Positions 12,834 through 28,938 are shown, counted from the first letter of the stretch. The stretch is 64,000 nt of DNA from Flaccisagitta enflata (GCA_965153355.1 OZ231126.1:49848001-49912000); one strand, 5' to 3'. The notes: generated by a model not told the origin, from the sequence alone. Made by a program: numbers and translations.

Positions 12834-13771
12834 CTGAAGAGAGCTACATGCACCGAATTTTCCTCGAAGAAACAGAAGATTGTGATGCTTTGCCGGAATT
12901 GTTGAAAACTCGATTTACGAAAAATTGGTGGAAATGCATCATCTGTAAACGCGAATGGGGCAGCAGTTTTTGGACATTAGACGATCATTCGAACTGGGAA
13001 TACTGTACATACCCTAAATGGCCCCGTGACGGCAAAGTAAAACATCAGCACAGCCTTCAAACGGAACTACAAAGATGTCGATACGGCTCCGACATAATCG
13101 TCGATCTTCAACTGGGAAACGACACGAAACGGCTACGCGACTGCTTGCTGGGCTTGCCTCATCGCGCCATGTTGCACGAGGGCACCTTTAAAGACTTTTT
13201 CAAGGCGGTGGTGAAAGAACTGCCGCGTTTACTCGATCACATCTCAGTCGATCGCGGGGAAATCGTGTACCAGTTTTTGCGAGAAAGAAAAGTCACCGCC
13301 GAAGATGACGACGACAATAACGACGACGGGAAATGCGAAACGAAACCTCAGCATCTCAAATCCATCAACGACACTTGCATAAGCTGTCTCGATAAAACGT
13401 GGATCGTGCATAAATCCGCGACGTTCGCGGGATGTGACGCCAATTACATTCCAACGACGACGATTCCACCGACGACGGCGCCACCGTCGACGACCGCGTC
13501 GGTGGAATCCTCTTCCGGCGGCGGCTGCGGTACGGGATGCATTATCGGGATCGTCGTGGGTGTTGTTGTCCTCGTCGTCATCATCGTCGTCGGCGCGATC
13601 GTCTATTGGTGGCGGAATAGAAAAGATGCAGTTGGAACAAGACAGGAAACCAAAGATGCGAAGCCAAAAGATGACAAAATAAACAAACATAGCGAAAAAA
13701 AGAACAACTATAATGTCAAGGATTCTCTCGGTTCGTATGAAAGACTTGAGGCAGCCGCGGACGCCGATTAA
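12834..13771 (+). CDS. Terminal exon of the predicted membrane protein: Cys-rich ectodomain, Thr/Pro/Ser stalk, TM helix, short cytoplasmic tail
   Basis: Acceptor TTTTAATACGCAG| is phase-1 compatible with exon 3; long non-repetitive CpG-rich ORF; 12 Cys; two N-D-T sequons; PTTTIPPTTAPPSTT stalk; TM CIIGIVVGVVVLVVIIVVGAIVYWW followed by RNRK; tail with YERL. Confidence 0.85.
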
Positions 13772-14330
13772 ACGCGTCAGAACGCTGGGTGGAGACGAGC
13801 CATCAAAGTTTGGAGTTCAAAATGTGTGTTCTGTTTTGTTTTGTCGTTGAGATTATATGGCATTTGACCAGGAATTGAGATAAAAACAAGGCCGGATGCA
13901 CAGATACCAAAGTCGCGCTGCTCAGGTATAGCGGTGACTGATGAGTTTTGAAATTAAGAGAATGGACAGGGGCAGTAATTATTTACGCAAACATGAAACC
14001 TTGGGTTACAATATCGTTGCGGACGGGTGGACCATCCACATCGCCTTCTTCCATTCAACATCCCCTTCTACAAGCACACACACACACACACATCAAAAAG
14101 CCCAATTTACAAATCGTGCATTACGGACCCACGGACGGACTAAGGCTATTGTGCGGTCCCACAACGGAAAAAAGAAAGGATAGAAAACAAACCAACAACG
14201 CCAAAAGAGCAAAGCGTAGGGTACGGACAAATCAACCGACGGACGTAGCAAAGTATTGAGTCTCGTGCTCAAGAGGAACAGGCGCCCGCATAAATGATTT
14301 CCTTTGTTGGTCATGTGCCAAAGTTGTCAA

Positions 14331-15660
<1,330 letters not shown>

Positions 15661-15759
15661 GTTGATTGACTGGAGCATCGGGGCACCTAAAACCTCGACT
15701 CTCCACCATGATAGAAGCATTGCTTCTCATTGTTGAATTGCATAAGGTCACAAAGGCTG

Positions 15760-17166
15760 GGTGACATACCCAACTATCTGGTGCGCCATACCAAACCAAT
15801 TTTTGCCACACCGACTGCCCCTATGGGGTCCAAAACAGGGGTAGAAGGGCCTATTTTGGCCTGTCCCGATTTTGTCCCTGCAGGCAAAATGCAAGTTTAA
15901 CTAATCAAAAAATGTCAAGCAGGGTCATCCCAAAGCTTGTAAGCAATCACTATCAATCCATTGATATGTGTAGAAAGTTTGAACTCAATATTTCAACTGT
16001 AAGATGACAAAAAATAGCTTTGAAACATAGTACTCCCCCCCTTTATTTTTCAGTCATTTTTTGCTAAAAATGAGGTAAGTTGACAATTTGTTTTGTTAGC
16101 CTATCACTACTCAAACATTAAGCAATTTTTCTTTTTCCATTGCAATGACAACTAGTTGAAGGACATTCCCTCCAATTTTCAAAGACTTTTTCCATTCCAT
16201 TGGTTCGAAATCAACATTTCCTTGAAGCGTTACAATTCAGAGGTGCTCCATGTTGTAGCTGTCACACTTATGTCACACTATGATTCTTACTATGTCACAG
16301 CATAGTAATATGCTTAACGCTAAATTTATCTATATGATGTGAAAGAGGTTGAAATTCTGTACATGCCTCTAAAATTTCAAGTCTTAACTCCAATTCGATT
16401 GGTCACAGTGAAATTCCAAAGTTGATCACTACCAAAATAAGGAATGAATTGTAACGCTCGCCAACCAAGTCTCATAGTTAATTCTTTGTTTCCACACAGC
16501 ACTTCGCACAGAAATGCGCGCATGTTTTGGTGCCTTGATTTAGTAAATTTCTTAAAATTCAAATTGACATATCTCAATAACCAATCGAGCTAGCTCAATG
16601 AAATTTTGCATGGTTGATACCCAGATCAAGAAGGTCCTTCATCTATTTCTGATGTGACTCAAGAAAATGTCAAGCAGTCCAACCAGACCAACCAGCCTAC
16701 CAGATAAAAAATGAAAAAATGGCATAACTTCCAAAATAATTGTCCGATCTGGTTGGAATGAAGAAGCTTCCTTTAAAGGTTCCTTGTCACTGGCATCAAA
16801 ACGAGCTTGGTGGGAAAAATTCTCCTCCAACAGCCTGCCCAGCCAAAAATGGTGCTTTTAGAGATTTTTTTAAAAAACTCAAATTTCGTGGAAAAAATCT
16901 CAAAAACATGATCACACATGATTGCTTGAACGTTATCATCAAAAATTTTGCTCTCATACTGATTGCCTTACTGTAATTAGCTAAATATATTAGTAAAAAA
17001 TTGATAATTATGTCTTTTTAGGCCTAATTTGTATACAAAATGAGCTTGAATAAGAAAATCCAAGTATGGATTCATATACACTAATAGGTAAGCTACATGA
17101 TGTATAAGTTTTGTTCAATTTTAAAACATTTAAAATTGACAAATTTCACTCTGTCTGCGCTCCCCT
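15760..17166. mobile_element. Probable non-autonomous DNA transposon remnant (Kolobok-like right end)
   Basis: Ends ...GCGCTCCCC|TTAA; AT-rich non-coding interior resembling the other MITEs here. The left terminus was not identified. Confidence 0.3.
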
Positions 17167-17282
17167 TAAGGTGACACCAGCCCACACACACACCGCATCC
17201 GTCTGTCATCCCATCCATAATCCGCACTCATGTAAGTGTGATACTTCTACAACCGACGTGATGTCTCACTGGCGTGGATCAC

Positions 17283-17481
17283 TTTTTAATCGCGTTCACG
17301 CAACTATGAAATCCGCTCTGTCTGTACGTCGGTCTTTCTGTCGGTTGATCGGTCGATGGTTAGTATATTTTTTTTGATGCTCACAAGTGCTGTTCGAGTC
17401 ACTGACTCCGCCTCCTCCGCCACCATCATTGACCCTTCCCACTCGCTCGGGACCAAAGAAACTTTTGCAGCAGGCCTTGTT
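17283..17481 (+). mobile_element. Degenerate HINE-like element
   Basis: TTTTTAATCGCGTTCACGCAACT 5' hairpin, GTCG/GTCT tract, GGCCTTGTT end. Confidence 0.55.
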
Positions 17482-18117
17482 AGTTCATAATCACATGAAT
17501 CTTTAACTGGGTTTTCATAGGCAAAACCCGTTGATGATTTGACTAATGTCGAACAAAGAAAAAAAGTTTAACCATTCATCATCAGGTTTTCACACATGAG
17601 TTGAATGGATTTCATCCATCATGATCTCATGAAGGTTGTAAATGGAATACAAACTAAGTCAAAACGCGATTAAGTGAGGAAACGAGTCTATGAACCAGAG
17701 CTAGAGTCGTTTAGCAAAGCTGACAGAAATGTGGAAGAAGTCGACATTTTAAAACGCTTCATTTGTATCAACATTCATTTTGTTACGTGCCTCGAAGCAC
17801 GTCTATGAGCAGTCGTATCAGTTTATGGTCTCGCATTTACTAAGGCCGAAACCTTATTCCTCTTTGATTGCTAACTTTCCCTTTCCTTCACTTGGACAGT
17901 CATTGTCGTCGCGCGAACATTTGGTCATAGGAGTAATGCACGGGTGGAAGGACAGACCAACTGACATATGCGTGTGAGCAACAACTATTAGAGTTACGTG
18001 TTCGTGAAAAGGAATTCTACCATGAAGGCCAAAGATGCGTCCTGTATGACTGAACGTCTCTTGTGAATGAATAGATGAATAAATGAATAATTTAATGAAC
18101 AAAATGATAATGAGGTA

Positions 18118-18713
18118 CAGTACGATAGGAGCAATGACGACCTAGACTGGAGGATAGATTTTTGGTGTCTTAATTTTATTTGTATCATGAAATATTTAAA
18201 ATCTAGGTTGATTAAAGGTTGCTCTATTGAGTGAATGCATTTGCATCTCTAAAACTTGTGACTTGACCTCATCAGACTTCATTTTTCAAGGTTCTAACTA
18301 ATTTCATTAGATCAGGCAGAAAATTTTATATAGATTTGAGAAAGAAATCAGTTCAATCGGACTATTTTTATAGGTTTTATGACCATTTTAAGTTTTACCC
18401 AAAAGTTAATTTGCATTACTTTTGTTTATTAGACTTAAAATGACCATAAAACCTGTAAAAATAGACCGATTGAGCTGATTTTTTTTAACACCATATAAAA
18501 TTTTCCACCCGATCTATTAAGATAGGATAGAACTTTGAAAAATGAAGTCTTAATGAGGTCGAGTCGCAAGTTGAAGTTTAAGAGATGCAAACATTTTCAC
18601 TCAATAACGCAACCTTTGATTACCCTAGATCTCAAATATTTTATGATACAAACAAAATTATAGTACTTTAAATCTATCCTCCAGTCTAGGTCGTCATTGC
18701 TACCATCGCACTG
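18118..18713. mobile_element. Palindromic Tc1/mariner-type MITE (~600 bp)
   Basis: TA|CAGTACGATAGGAGCAATGACGACCTAGACTGGAGGATAGATTT ... AAATCTATCCTCCAGTCTAGGTCGTCATTGCTACCATCGCACTG|TA; imperfect inverted repeat over nearly the whole length; TA target duplication. Confidence 0.85.
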
Positions 18714-19423
18714 TAGGTACTGTTCTCCAATGGAAGAGCCTAAGATTTTTCGAAAAAAAAACCATTTGCATGACCAACAGACCAACTGACGGCCATGACC
18801 TTCTGTAGCGATGAAGTTTAGTAGTTCGTCGGCATAAATTTTCTTACTTACATGTTTCATGCCATACTTGTATTAAAAAGCTGAGTATCAGAAAAATTTG
18901 ATAAAAAAAACAACTTTCCTTCTTTACAAATTCACAACGTTATCATATCACGTTTTTTTCGTTCTTGGCACTTTATGTTACAGCTCACGTTGCCTTTTTT
19001 CTCATCCTCTTTTTTTTCACGTGTTGCCAACTTCAATAGTTTTGTCAGAATATCTGACAACTTTCCATAAAAGGCCAACCATGTGCATCTTTTGATAATG
19101 TAATCATTTTTCCTTTTTCTATCTTTAGTATCTCTCTTTTTTTTGTCTTTATCTTTTTTTCTTTTTTTTCCCTCCTCTTCTTTTCCATATACAAGGTGTT
19201 TCACATCAAATGATATATAAGAAAACAATGTTGTTCTGTTTCTAAAGATAAGACAACAATTTTGAAAATAGATTCATTGAGCTCTTAAGCCCCAATTTTT
19301 CATGCAAAAATTTCATTGGTTTAAGTTGAGTAGTTTGGTCACAATATAGATTTGAAGTAAAATGAATATTTACAGTCAACATGTTTTTCATCTTTGAAGT
19401 TTTTCTTTAAATCATTTTCACGT

Positions 19424-20713
19424 CTAAACGGTGTTCTTTCCAAGATTTTAGAACGTGCTGCTCACTCCCAATTAAGTGAATATTTAGAGAAGCGTGATTT
19501 GCTCTTTGAAAATCAATCTGGGTTTAGAGGTGGATATTCCACGGATTCATGTTTAATTGGTCTGACCGATTTTATTAGAAGCGAAATTGGTAAAGGAAAT
19601 TTGATTGGCATGGTTTTGATTGATCTACAGAAAGCCTTTGACACTGTGGATCACTCTATTCTCTGTGAAAAGTTAAAATCCATTGGTATGTCTTCAACGG
19701 GTTGGTTTGAATCGTATCTAGCCGATCGTAGTCAATGTGTTGATATTGGTGGTACCAGGTCGGAATTTTTACCCGTAACTTGCGGAGTTCCCCAGGGTAG
19801 CAGTTTGGGCCCTCTTCTGTTCTTGATTTATATCAATGACATGAATGTTAGTTTGACTTGTAGATTGTCTCTATACGCCGATGATTCCGCGCTCATTTAT
19901 TCTCATCGTGATTCAAAGGTTATTTCAGATCGTCTGAGTACTGAATTATCAACTTGTAAGGGTTGGCTGGTGGACAACAGGCTGTCCCTTCACGTGGGGA
20001 AAACAGAAGCATTGCTTTTCGGCTCAAAGAGAAAATTGAAAGGGGTTGATGATTTCCGGGTTCATTGTGACGGGACGCCTGTTGAACGCAAGTCAAGCGT
20101 AAAGTATCTTGGTGTTCTATTAGATGAAAATCTGAATGGTTCCGTACACGCTGGAAATTTAATGAAAGTTTGTGCGGGTAGATTGGCTTTTCTGTACCGT
20201 CAGTCCTCTCTTTTAGATAAAAAGTGCCGACAGACACTATGCTCTGCTCTTGTTCAACCATATATGGATTATTGCTGCAGCTCGTGGTACAGTGGAATGT
20301 CTGTAGCATTGAAGGAAAGGTTAAACGTTATTCAACGCAAAATGGTGCGATTTGTTTTTAGTTTGGAAAATCGTGCTCATGTAGGTGTCAACCACTTAAG
20401 AGAGTTGGCATGGCTTACTGTTCCGGACCGAGTCAAATTTTTCAAATTGAATCACCTTTTTCGTATTCGTCACAAGTTGGCTCCCACTTATCTACTGCCG
20501 AATTTTAAATTGATTTCTGCTGCTCACTCATACAATACTCGCGGAAGTAGTCATAACTTTCATTTGTCTAAGGAACTTTCTCTTTTCCCTAACGGTTTTG
20601 CGTACACGGCAATCAAGCATTGGAATGAGCTTCCAGACTCTATCAAGTCTATTTCCGAGTTTAAAGTTTTTAAACGTAAAATGAAGGAGTATCTAATCAC
20701 TCAATATGAATGA
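19424..20713 (+). CDS. Reverse transcriptase (ORF2 C-terminal part) of the LINE; lacks a true start and the endonuclease domain
   Basis: Motifs LSKILE, QSGFR, IDLQKAFDTVDH, GVPQGSSLGP, YADD, KYLGV, DYC and the C-terminal HSYNTR/WNELP typical of CR1/L2-group ORF2. No stops over ~430 codons. The first ~10 codons of the track ORF (from 19394) are MITE sequence. Confidence 0.93.
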   Translation, partial: LNGVLSKILERAAHSQLSEYLEKRDLLFENQSGFRGGYSTDSCLIGLTDFIRSEIGKGNLIGMVLIDLQKAFDTVDHSILCEKLKSIGMSSTGWFESYLADRSQCVDIGGTRSEFLPVTCGVPQGSSLGPLLFLIYINDMNVSLTCRLSLYADDSALIYSHRDSKVISDRLSTELSTCKGWLVDNRLSLHVGKTEALLFGSKRKLKGVDDFRVHCDGTPVERKSSVKYLGVLLDENLNGSVHAGNLMKVCAGRLAFLYRQSSLLDKKCRQTLCSALVQPYMDYCCSSWYSGMSVALKERLNVIQRKMVRFVFSLENRAHVGVNHLRELAWLTVPDRVKFFKLNHLFRIRHKLAPTYLLPNFKLISAAHSYNTRGSSHNFHLSKELSLFPNGFAYTAIKHWNELPDSIKSISEFKVFKRKMKEYLITQYE

Positions 20714-20796
20714 TTTACACGGGTTTTTATCGACGGATCTTCTTGACAATGTTATGGATTTACTTTTACGATTTCTACTTTTAACGATTTTATGAA

Positions 20797-20935
20797 TTTT
20801 TAGTCGCGAACACGCGACTCTACACCTTGCCGTGTCGGCTGGTCCGTCCGAAATATTTGAAATTGCGAGCGGTTTTCGGTGATTATTGCTCCTGCTCAAC
20901 CGCCGCGACTGGGATTGCCGTGTATCCGGCCTTTT
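20797..20935 (+). mobile_element. HINE-like element inserted in the LINE 3' UTR
   Basis: TTTTTAGTCGCGAACACGCGACT 5' hairpin, GTCC tract, CCGCGACT, GCCGTGTATCCGGCC stem-loop, T-run. Confidence 0.75.
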
Positions 20936-21949
20936 TTTACTTTTAAAGGACCCCGTTTGAAAAAAGTCATTTTAATCGACTTTCATGGGCTATCCTTCGA
21001 ATCGGGCTTACTTACAATACCTCGACCTTATTGTAATTTTTGTGCCTTTTCGTAAATAAATTCATTCATTCATTCATTCATTCACGGTTTGAGCTACAGA
21101 TGCCAGATTGGATTCAAATGAAAGAAAATTAAAATATTTTTAATTTGAGACCAATCTGGCATCTGTAGCTCAAACTGAGAATGATTTGAAGAAAAACTTC
21201 CAGGATGAAAAAAACATTGACTGAAAATATTCATTTTACTTCAAATCTATATTGTGGCTAAATTACTCAACTTAGACCAATGAAATTTTTACATAAAAAA
21301 TTGGAGTTTAAGAGCTGTTTGAATCTTTTTTTCATTTACAGAATTGTTTCCTCATTTGCAGAAGCAGAATGACATCGTTTTCTTATATATCATTTGATGA
21401 AACACCCTGTATTTTTTTCATTATCTTTTTTTCTTCCACGATTTCCTTCCTCAGAACAGCGCCTCGATGACAATTCAGACTTCAGTCGCATTCTACAATG
21501 TTCTATTCAATATTCCATTCTTAAACTCCCCCCTCATCTTCCTTCCCCCAATATCAGCCTCCCCCCCATGTACCATCCCCCATAACTCCCGAGCACCCCT
21601 TTGCAGCCCCCTATCATCCTTCTAGCACTCTTATGCCACCTCTCTAAAGGCTTAAAAACGTTATCTTTACTTTTGCATAAAGATGGCCGATTATCAGGGG
21701 ACACGTTTATGTTCTAACAAGTTGACGGAGAAAATCTTTCTTCCGTCTTCCAGGTCTTTTCCCCCCTTATTTTAATATTCAAATTAGGCTAAACGAGACA
21801 GTAATGAGGATTTGAAATTCAAGAGCCCTCAAAGGCCTTTTAGTTTTAACTGTTTTTTTTTTTTTTTGAGAAAGGAAACTTATCAAAAAACCTCTTTCTT
21901 TTTTGTTTGCGTGTTTGATTTTGTGTCAGTCTGTCTGACTCTGTTCATC

Positions 21950-22282
<333 letters not shown>

Positions 22283-22878
22283 TTCATCCCCGTGGCACGT
22301 TCTACAGGATCCGTCACCAGAGCCACGTTTACTTTTCTTCTTCTCTCTCCTTCGCCATATCAAATGCTAATCTCATTTTGGTGTTTTTGCAAGTGGCATC
22401 CTGGAAAAAATGGAAAAGAAAAAGGGAATGAGAGAAAAGAAGGAAAAGGAAGGGGGAATTAAAGAATGAAAGACAGACGAGAAAAAAGAAAAAAGAAAAG
22501 AAAAGAAAGAGAAGAAAAATAGAATTATAGAAGTGAGACGATGAAAGAGAAAAAGAAAGGAACAAAATCAAGAAAAAATTACTGACAAATAAAGGAATGG
22601 AAGAAAAAGTATAAGAGTAGGTAAAGGAAGAGAATGAGAGGAACAAATGGGCAACAGACGCAGAAAAAAATAAAGAAGAAGAAAATAAAGAAGAAAAAAA
22701 CAAACGAAACATGGGTCATGTCACATGATAAGACGTGAGAAAAAAGTGAGAGCAAGTTAAGTGAGCAAAACATTATATGTGAGATATATTTAGGAAAAGA
22801 AAAACAGAATAAGTAATGCAGGGTTACAAGATCGTCACGGACGAGGGAAGGTACGGGCGGAAAAGAAAATTACTGTAA

Positions 22879-23074
22879 AACAAGGCCGGATACACGGCCA
22901 CCAGATGCGGACGAGTGGGCAGGGGCGGAAATGCGCGTTTTCACACTTTTCAACTCAATCATTACGGACGGACGGACGGAATGAAGGACAGAAGGATGGA
23001 TGGACGGAATGAAGGACGGAAGGACGGACGGACGGACATTTCCTCTTATAGATTCGCGAATCCGCAACTAGAAA
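22879..23074 (-). mobile_element. HINE-like element (AGTTGCGG family, related to 462-612)
   Basis: AACAAGGCCGGATACACGGCC end, (GGAC)n tract, CCTCTTATAG...CCGCAACTAGAAA. Confidence 0.7.
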
Positions 23075-23085
23075 CGAAAGAAAAG

Positions 23086-23365
23086 AATAGTCGCAAAAGG
23101 GTCAGATGGTCAGCGGTACCAGTTGCCTCTATGTGAGTGTATGTGGGTGTGTGGTGGTAAGAGGGGCAGCGGCCAATGACCCATGCTATTTTATTTTGAG
23201 CTTCAAGGTTGAATTAGGCCTGGAGGCTGGGATTTGAGCCTCGAGGACCAGACTTGGGGCCTCGAGGCTGGGATTTGAGCCTCGAGACTGGGATTTTAAC
23301 CTCAGAAGAAGGAGAAATTTCTATGTAAAGATAGCGTTTGTCCTCTTCGGGGCCGCTGCCCAAAA
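23086..23365 (-). mobile_element. Second interspersed family (GGGCAGCGGCCCC sub-terminal repeat, 21-bp internal minisatellite)
   Basis: Shares its 5' end (TTTTGGGCAGCGGCCCCGAAG), the GAGGCTGGGATTTGAGCCTC repeat and its 3' end (CTTTTGCGACTATT) with 27016-27772. Confidence 0.65.
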
Positions 23366-23509
23366 GGAAAAAAAGACTAAAAAATGCAAAAAGGTGTGAA
23401 TTGTGACTGAGTGGAGGGGAAATAAGGTTGCCTAAGATAAAGAAAATGTGAAGACCACAGAATGGAAAGTGGGCATTTTGATAGAGTCAATATTTAGCCT
23501 GTAAAGAGC

Positions 23510-25470
<1,961 letters not shown>

Positions 25471-25630
25471 TTCACCCTCCACATTTCCCTCTACTCTATC
25501 GATCGTCATATTTCACGGAGAGAGACAATGACGGGGACACCGGAAGGCGTCCCGAAGTGCGGCAGTAAATTTACGTCCAACTCACCTTTACACCCACTTG
25601 ATGACATTCTCTTGCCCCTCTCCATTTATC

Positions 25631-25780
25631 TTTTTTAGTCGCGTGCTACGCGACTCTACACCCCGCTTTGTCGGTTAGTCCGTCGGTCCGTCACACTTTA
25701 CTTTTTTTTTTTACTTTTTGCGGTCTTTGGCCTCACTACTCCTGCCCAAATGATCAAGTAGCCGTGTATCCGGCCTTGTT
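25631..25780 (+). mobile_element. Short HINE-like element (mirror copy ~62124-62273)
   Basis: TTTTTTAGTCGCGTGCTACGCGACT ... GCCGTGTATCCGGCCTTGTT. Confidence 0.75.
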
Positions 25781-26885
25781 TATCTCAATAACCTAGAAAT
25801 ATGTAACCTGGCCATGATGATCGATGAAGTCATAGACAGGAAACGAAGTTGAACGGTAATGATCTTATGTACATTTAAAGACTTGACTTACTCGACATTC
25901 TGCTGATAACCCATTCACGTATTCACCTTTTGCTTTAGTGTTAAGACTTGTTTATTGTTAACGTTCCTATTAATCTTGTGGCCACTTGAGTTCCTTCAGT
26001 CTCCTGTATCCTTTCTTGACTCTTGACTCCTTCTTAAAAAGTCGTTGGCATTCCACAGGATTGACGCCTTTGACTAAACGGTTACTGGCTTCTTGGTCTT
26101 GGTTCCCGAGCACGCGCACGTGCCTTTTTCGGTTCTGTCGATCGGACGCTACGAGTCATTCGAATTATTTTAGGAGCATTGCATAACAGTGTAGGTGATT
26201 TGTCATTTTCAAACTCGTAATTATTTTTGAAAGGGCGATTATAGTTATGTTCATTTGTCTTTAATATTTATCAAGTTTTATTAATCAAGTTTTAAGCTGT
26301 CTCCACCTACCAGCTCCGTCGCATCAAATCAACGCGACCCCACTCCCTTTTACTGTAAAAGAGAGAAGCGATTCTGAATAACGATTCGCTGTCACCTTTC
26401 AACCATTCAAAGCCTAGAATTCATTTTAAAAACGCAGTTTTCACCGATTTCCGCTCTTTCAATGCCAAATTTTGTCAGCCTTCTTGGTCATACCTATCGC
26501 GGTACCTCTCTAGCTGTCATCAATTTCACCCGTTCACCCCTCTCTTTTTTCATGCTTAGATATCTTTAATGACATCCTTTCACCCCGCTCTATATTCACG
26601 CTTAACCTCGTTAGATGTCGTTAGTGACACCCTGTCAACCTTTGGTCAAAAACGGTGGCGGGAAAAACTCTCGAGAGATCACATCAACAAAAACAACAAC
26701 AACAAGAACAACAACGACAACCAAAACAATAACAACAACAACAGCCTCTGCAGGGATCACGTCATGACACGTCAACGACGCGTTAATGACGTGAAACGAA
26801 ATAAGAAGTGCTTTGGAAATGCCCTTTGCCGCGCGATAAAAACTACGCCGTCGAAAGTAGAAACAGTCTGTGGACAAATTGTGCT

Positions 26886-28078
26886 TTTTTTCAAGTCGCG
26901 TGCTACGCAACTCTACACCCCGCTACGTCGATCGGTCGGTCGGTCGGTCAGTCGGTCAGTCGGTCGGTCGGTCGGTGGATCGGTGGTCGGTCGGTCGGTC
27001 AGTTAGTCGGTCCCCTTTTTGGACAGCGGCCCCGAAGGAGCCGATGACCTATGCTTTCACATAGGTACACTTGAACAAGCATCTGTCGATCTTTTGTTTT
27101 TAAGACTTTTTAAGCGTTTTTTTTTAAAATTAGGGTTAGGGGTGGTTTAGGTTAGGTTAGGTTGGGGATAGTTTTAGGTTAAATTAAGGTGTAGCTTTAG
27201 GGCTAAGGTTGGCTGGCTGGGTTTTATGTATTACGACCCGAAGCTATTCAAATTTAATTCGCTCTGGCGGAGGATTCTAAAAGAAAAACAAAATCATGCA
27301 GAGACTCAATCAGCAGCTCCGAAATTTTTTCTTCTCCTTCTCCTCCAGCGTACCCCCACTTGCTTGAAACCCGGTCTCCAGGCTCAAATTCCAGTCTTGA
27401 AGCTCAAATCTCAGTCTCAAAGCTACAATCCCAGTCTTGAGGCTCAAATCCCAATCTCGAGGCTAAAATCCCAATCTCAAGGCTCAAACATCTCAAGGCT
27501 CAAATCCCAGTCTCCAGGCTCAAATCCCAGTTTCCAGGCTCAAATCCCAGTTTCCAGGCTCAAATCCCAGTATCGAGGCTCCGATCCCAGTCCCATGGCT
27601 CTGATCCTAGTCTTGAGGCTCAAATCCCAGTCTCAAAGCTCAAATCCTAGCTTCCAGGCTTAAATCCCAGCCCCATGGCTCACATCCAAGCTGCAATAAA
27701 AACAGCATAGGTCATCGGAACTCACACAGGGGCAACGGGTACCGCTAACCATCTAACGCTTTTGCGACTATTACTTTTTTGGCGTTTTTGAGCTTTTTGA
27801 GCTTATGGCTCCTGCCCAAATGCTTCAGTGACCTTCTTCAGCACTGCTCTAGCCTACCCGAATGCGACTAGGGTAGCCGTGTATCTGGCCTTGTTTTTTA
27901 GTCGCGTGCTACGCGACTCTTCACCCGCTTTGTCAGTCGGTCGGTCGGTTGGTCCCCAGCCCTGTTTAATTTTTCGGTGTATTTGAGCGTTTTGAGCTCA
28001 CTGCTCCTGCCAAAATGCCCTAGTGACCTTCTCCATCACTGTCCCTGCCCACCCGCACGCGACTTGGGTAGTCGTGTG
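26886..28078 (+). mobile_element. Two head-to-tail HINE-like elements, the first carrying nested insertions (mirror ~59824-61019)
   Basis: AGTCGCGTGCTACGC 5' ends at ~26894 and ~27900; (GGTC)n; 3' GCGACTAGGGTAGCCGTGTATCTGGCCTTGTT; second-family element at 27016-27772 with a 21-bp array (27370-27680); TTAGG(G)-rich insert at 27064-27320. Confidence 0.75.
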
Positions 28079-28581
28079 GAATGAATTTAAGAGTATTTTT
28101 GATGAAAGAAATAAAATCATTGTTATTGAAGTTCACATCATTACCATATTCTTTGTGTCAAACAAAATAAAAACGAGACTGACATGACTGTACAAACAGA
28201 AACTTTCTGTACAAACAGAAAGACATTAGCCAACTGAACCAGGCCTTTTTAATGACGACGAGAACCTAAAACAACTAACTAAAACAAGCCACACGTTTTC
28301 AACTTGACCCTCTTTTTCTTCCCCATTTCCTTCACATAAAACTAATCTGGAACGAGTCTGTGGCATTTAAGGTGATCCTTCGTGCACACATCAACTCCAG
28401 GCGACGGCGAAGGACTTCATCAAACACGCAAAAGTGGGGCTTTTTTTTGCATTTATGCATTTATATTGACTAGAGGTATTTGGCAAACGACCTTACAGTC
28501 CTTAAGCCTTTGTTAAACAGAAAGCGAACGAGGAGGAAAGGTTGTCGTCTCGTCGTCATTGTCGTCGTCTTCGTCTTTATC

Positions 28582-28938
<357 letters not shown>

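Larger units (their letters stand above)
19421..21084 (+). mobile_element. 5'-truncated non-LTR retrotransposon, L2/CR1 group (Crack/Daphne/L2-like)
   Basis: RT ORF, 3' UTR, AATAAA at 21055-21060 and a (TTCA)n tail; TTCACG occurs at both junctions (possible short TSD or microhomology). Confidence 0.85.
19192..21409. mobile_element. Palindromic Tc1/mariner-type MITE interrupted by a LINE
   Basis: TA|CAAGGTGTTTCACATCAAATGATATATAAGAAAAC ... GTTTTCTTATATATCATTTGATGAAACACCCTG|TA; 19192-19420 plus 21085-21409 reassemble into a ~550-bp hairpin. Confidence 0.85.

Noticed and set aside
13729..13750. ITIM in the cytoplasmic tail (GSYERL)
   Set aside because: The residue at Y-2 is Gly, not I/V/L/S; kept only as a YxxL motif.
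19394..19420. N-terminus of the 439-aa RT ORF as a real start (domesticated RT gene)
   Set aside because: Starts at a TTG within the MITE arm; homology to LINE ORF2 begins after 19421, so this is a 5'-truncated insertion.
27130..27210. True telomere or chromosome-fusion scar
   Set aside because: Short, degenerate, single-orientation and embedded in nested transposons, far from the palindrome axis.
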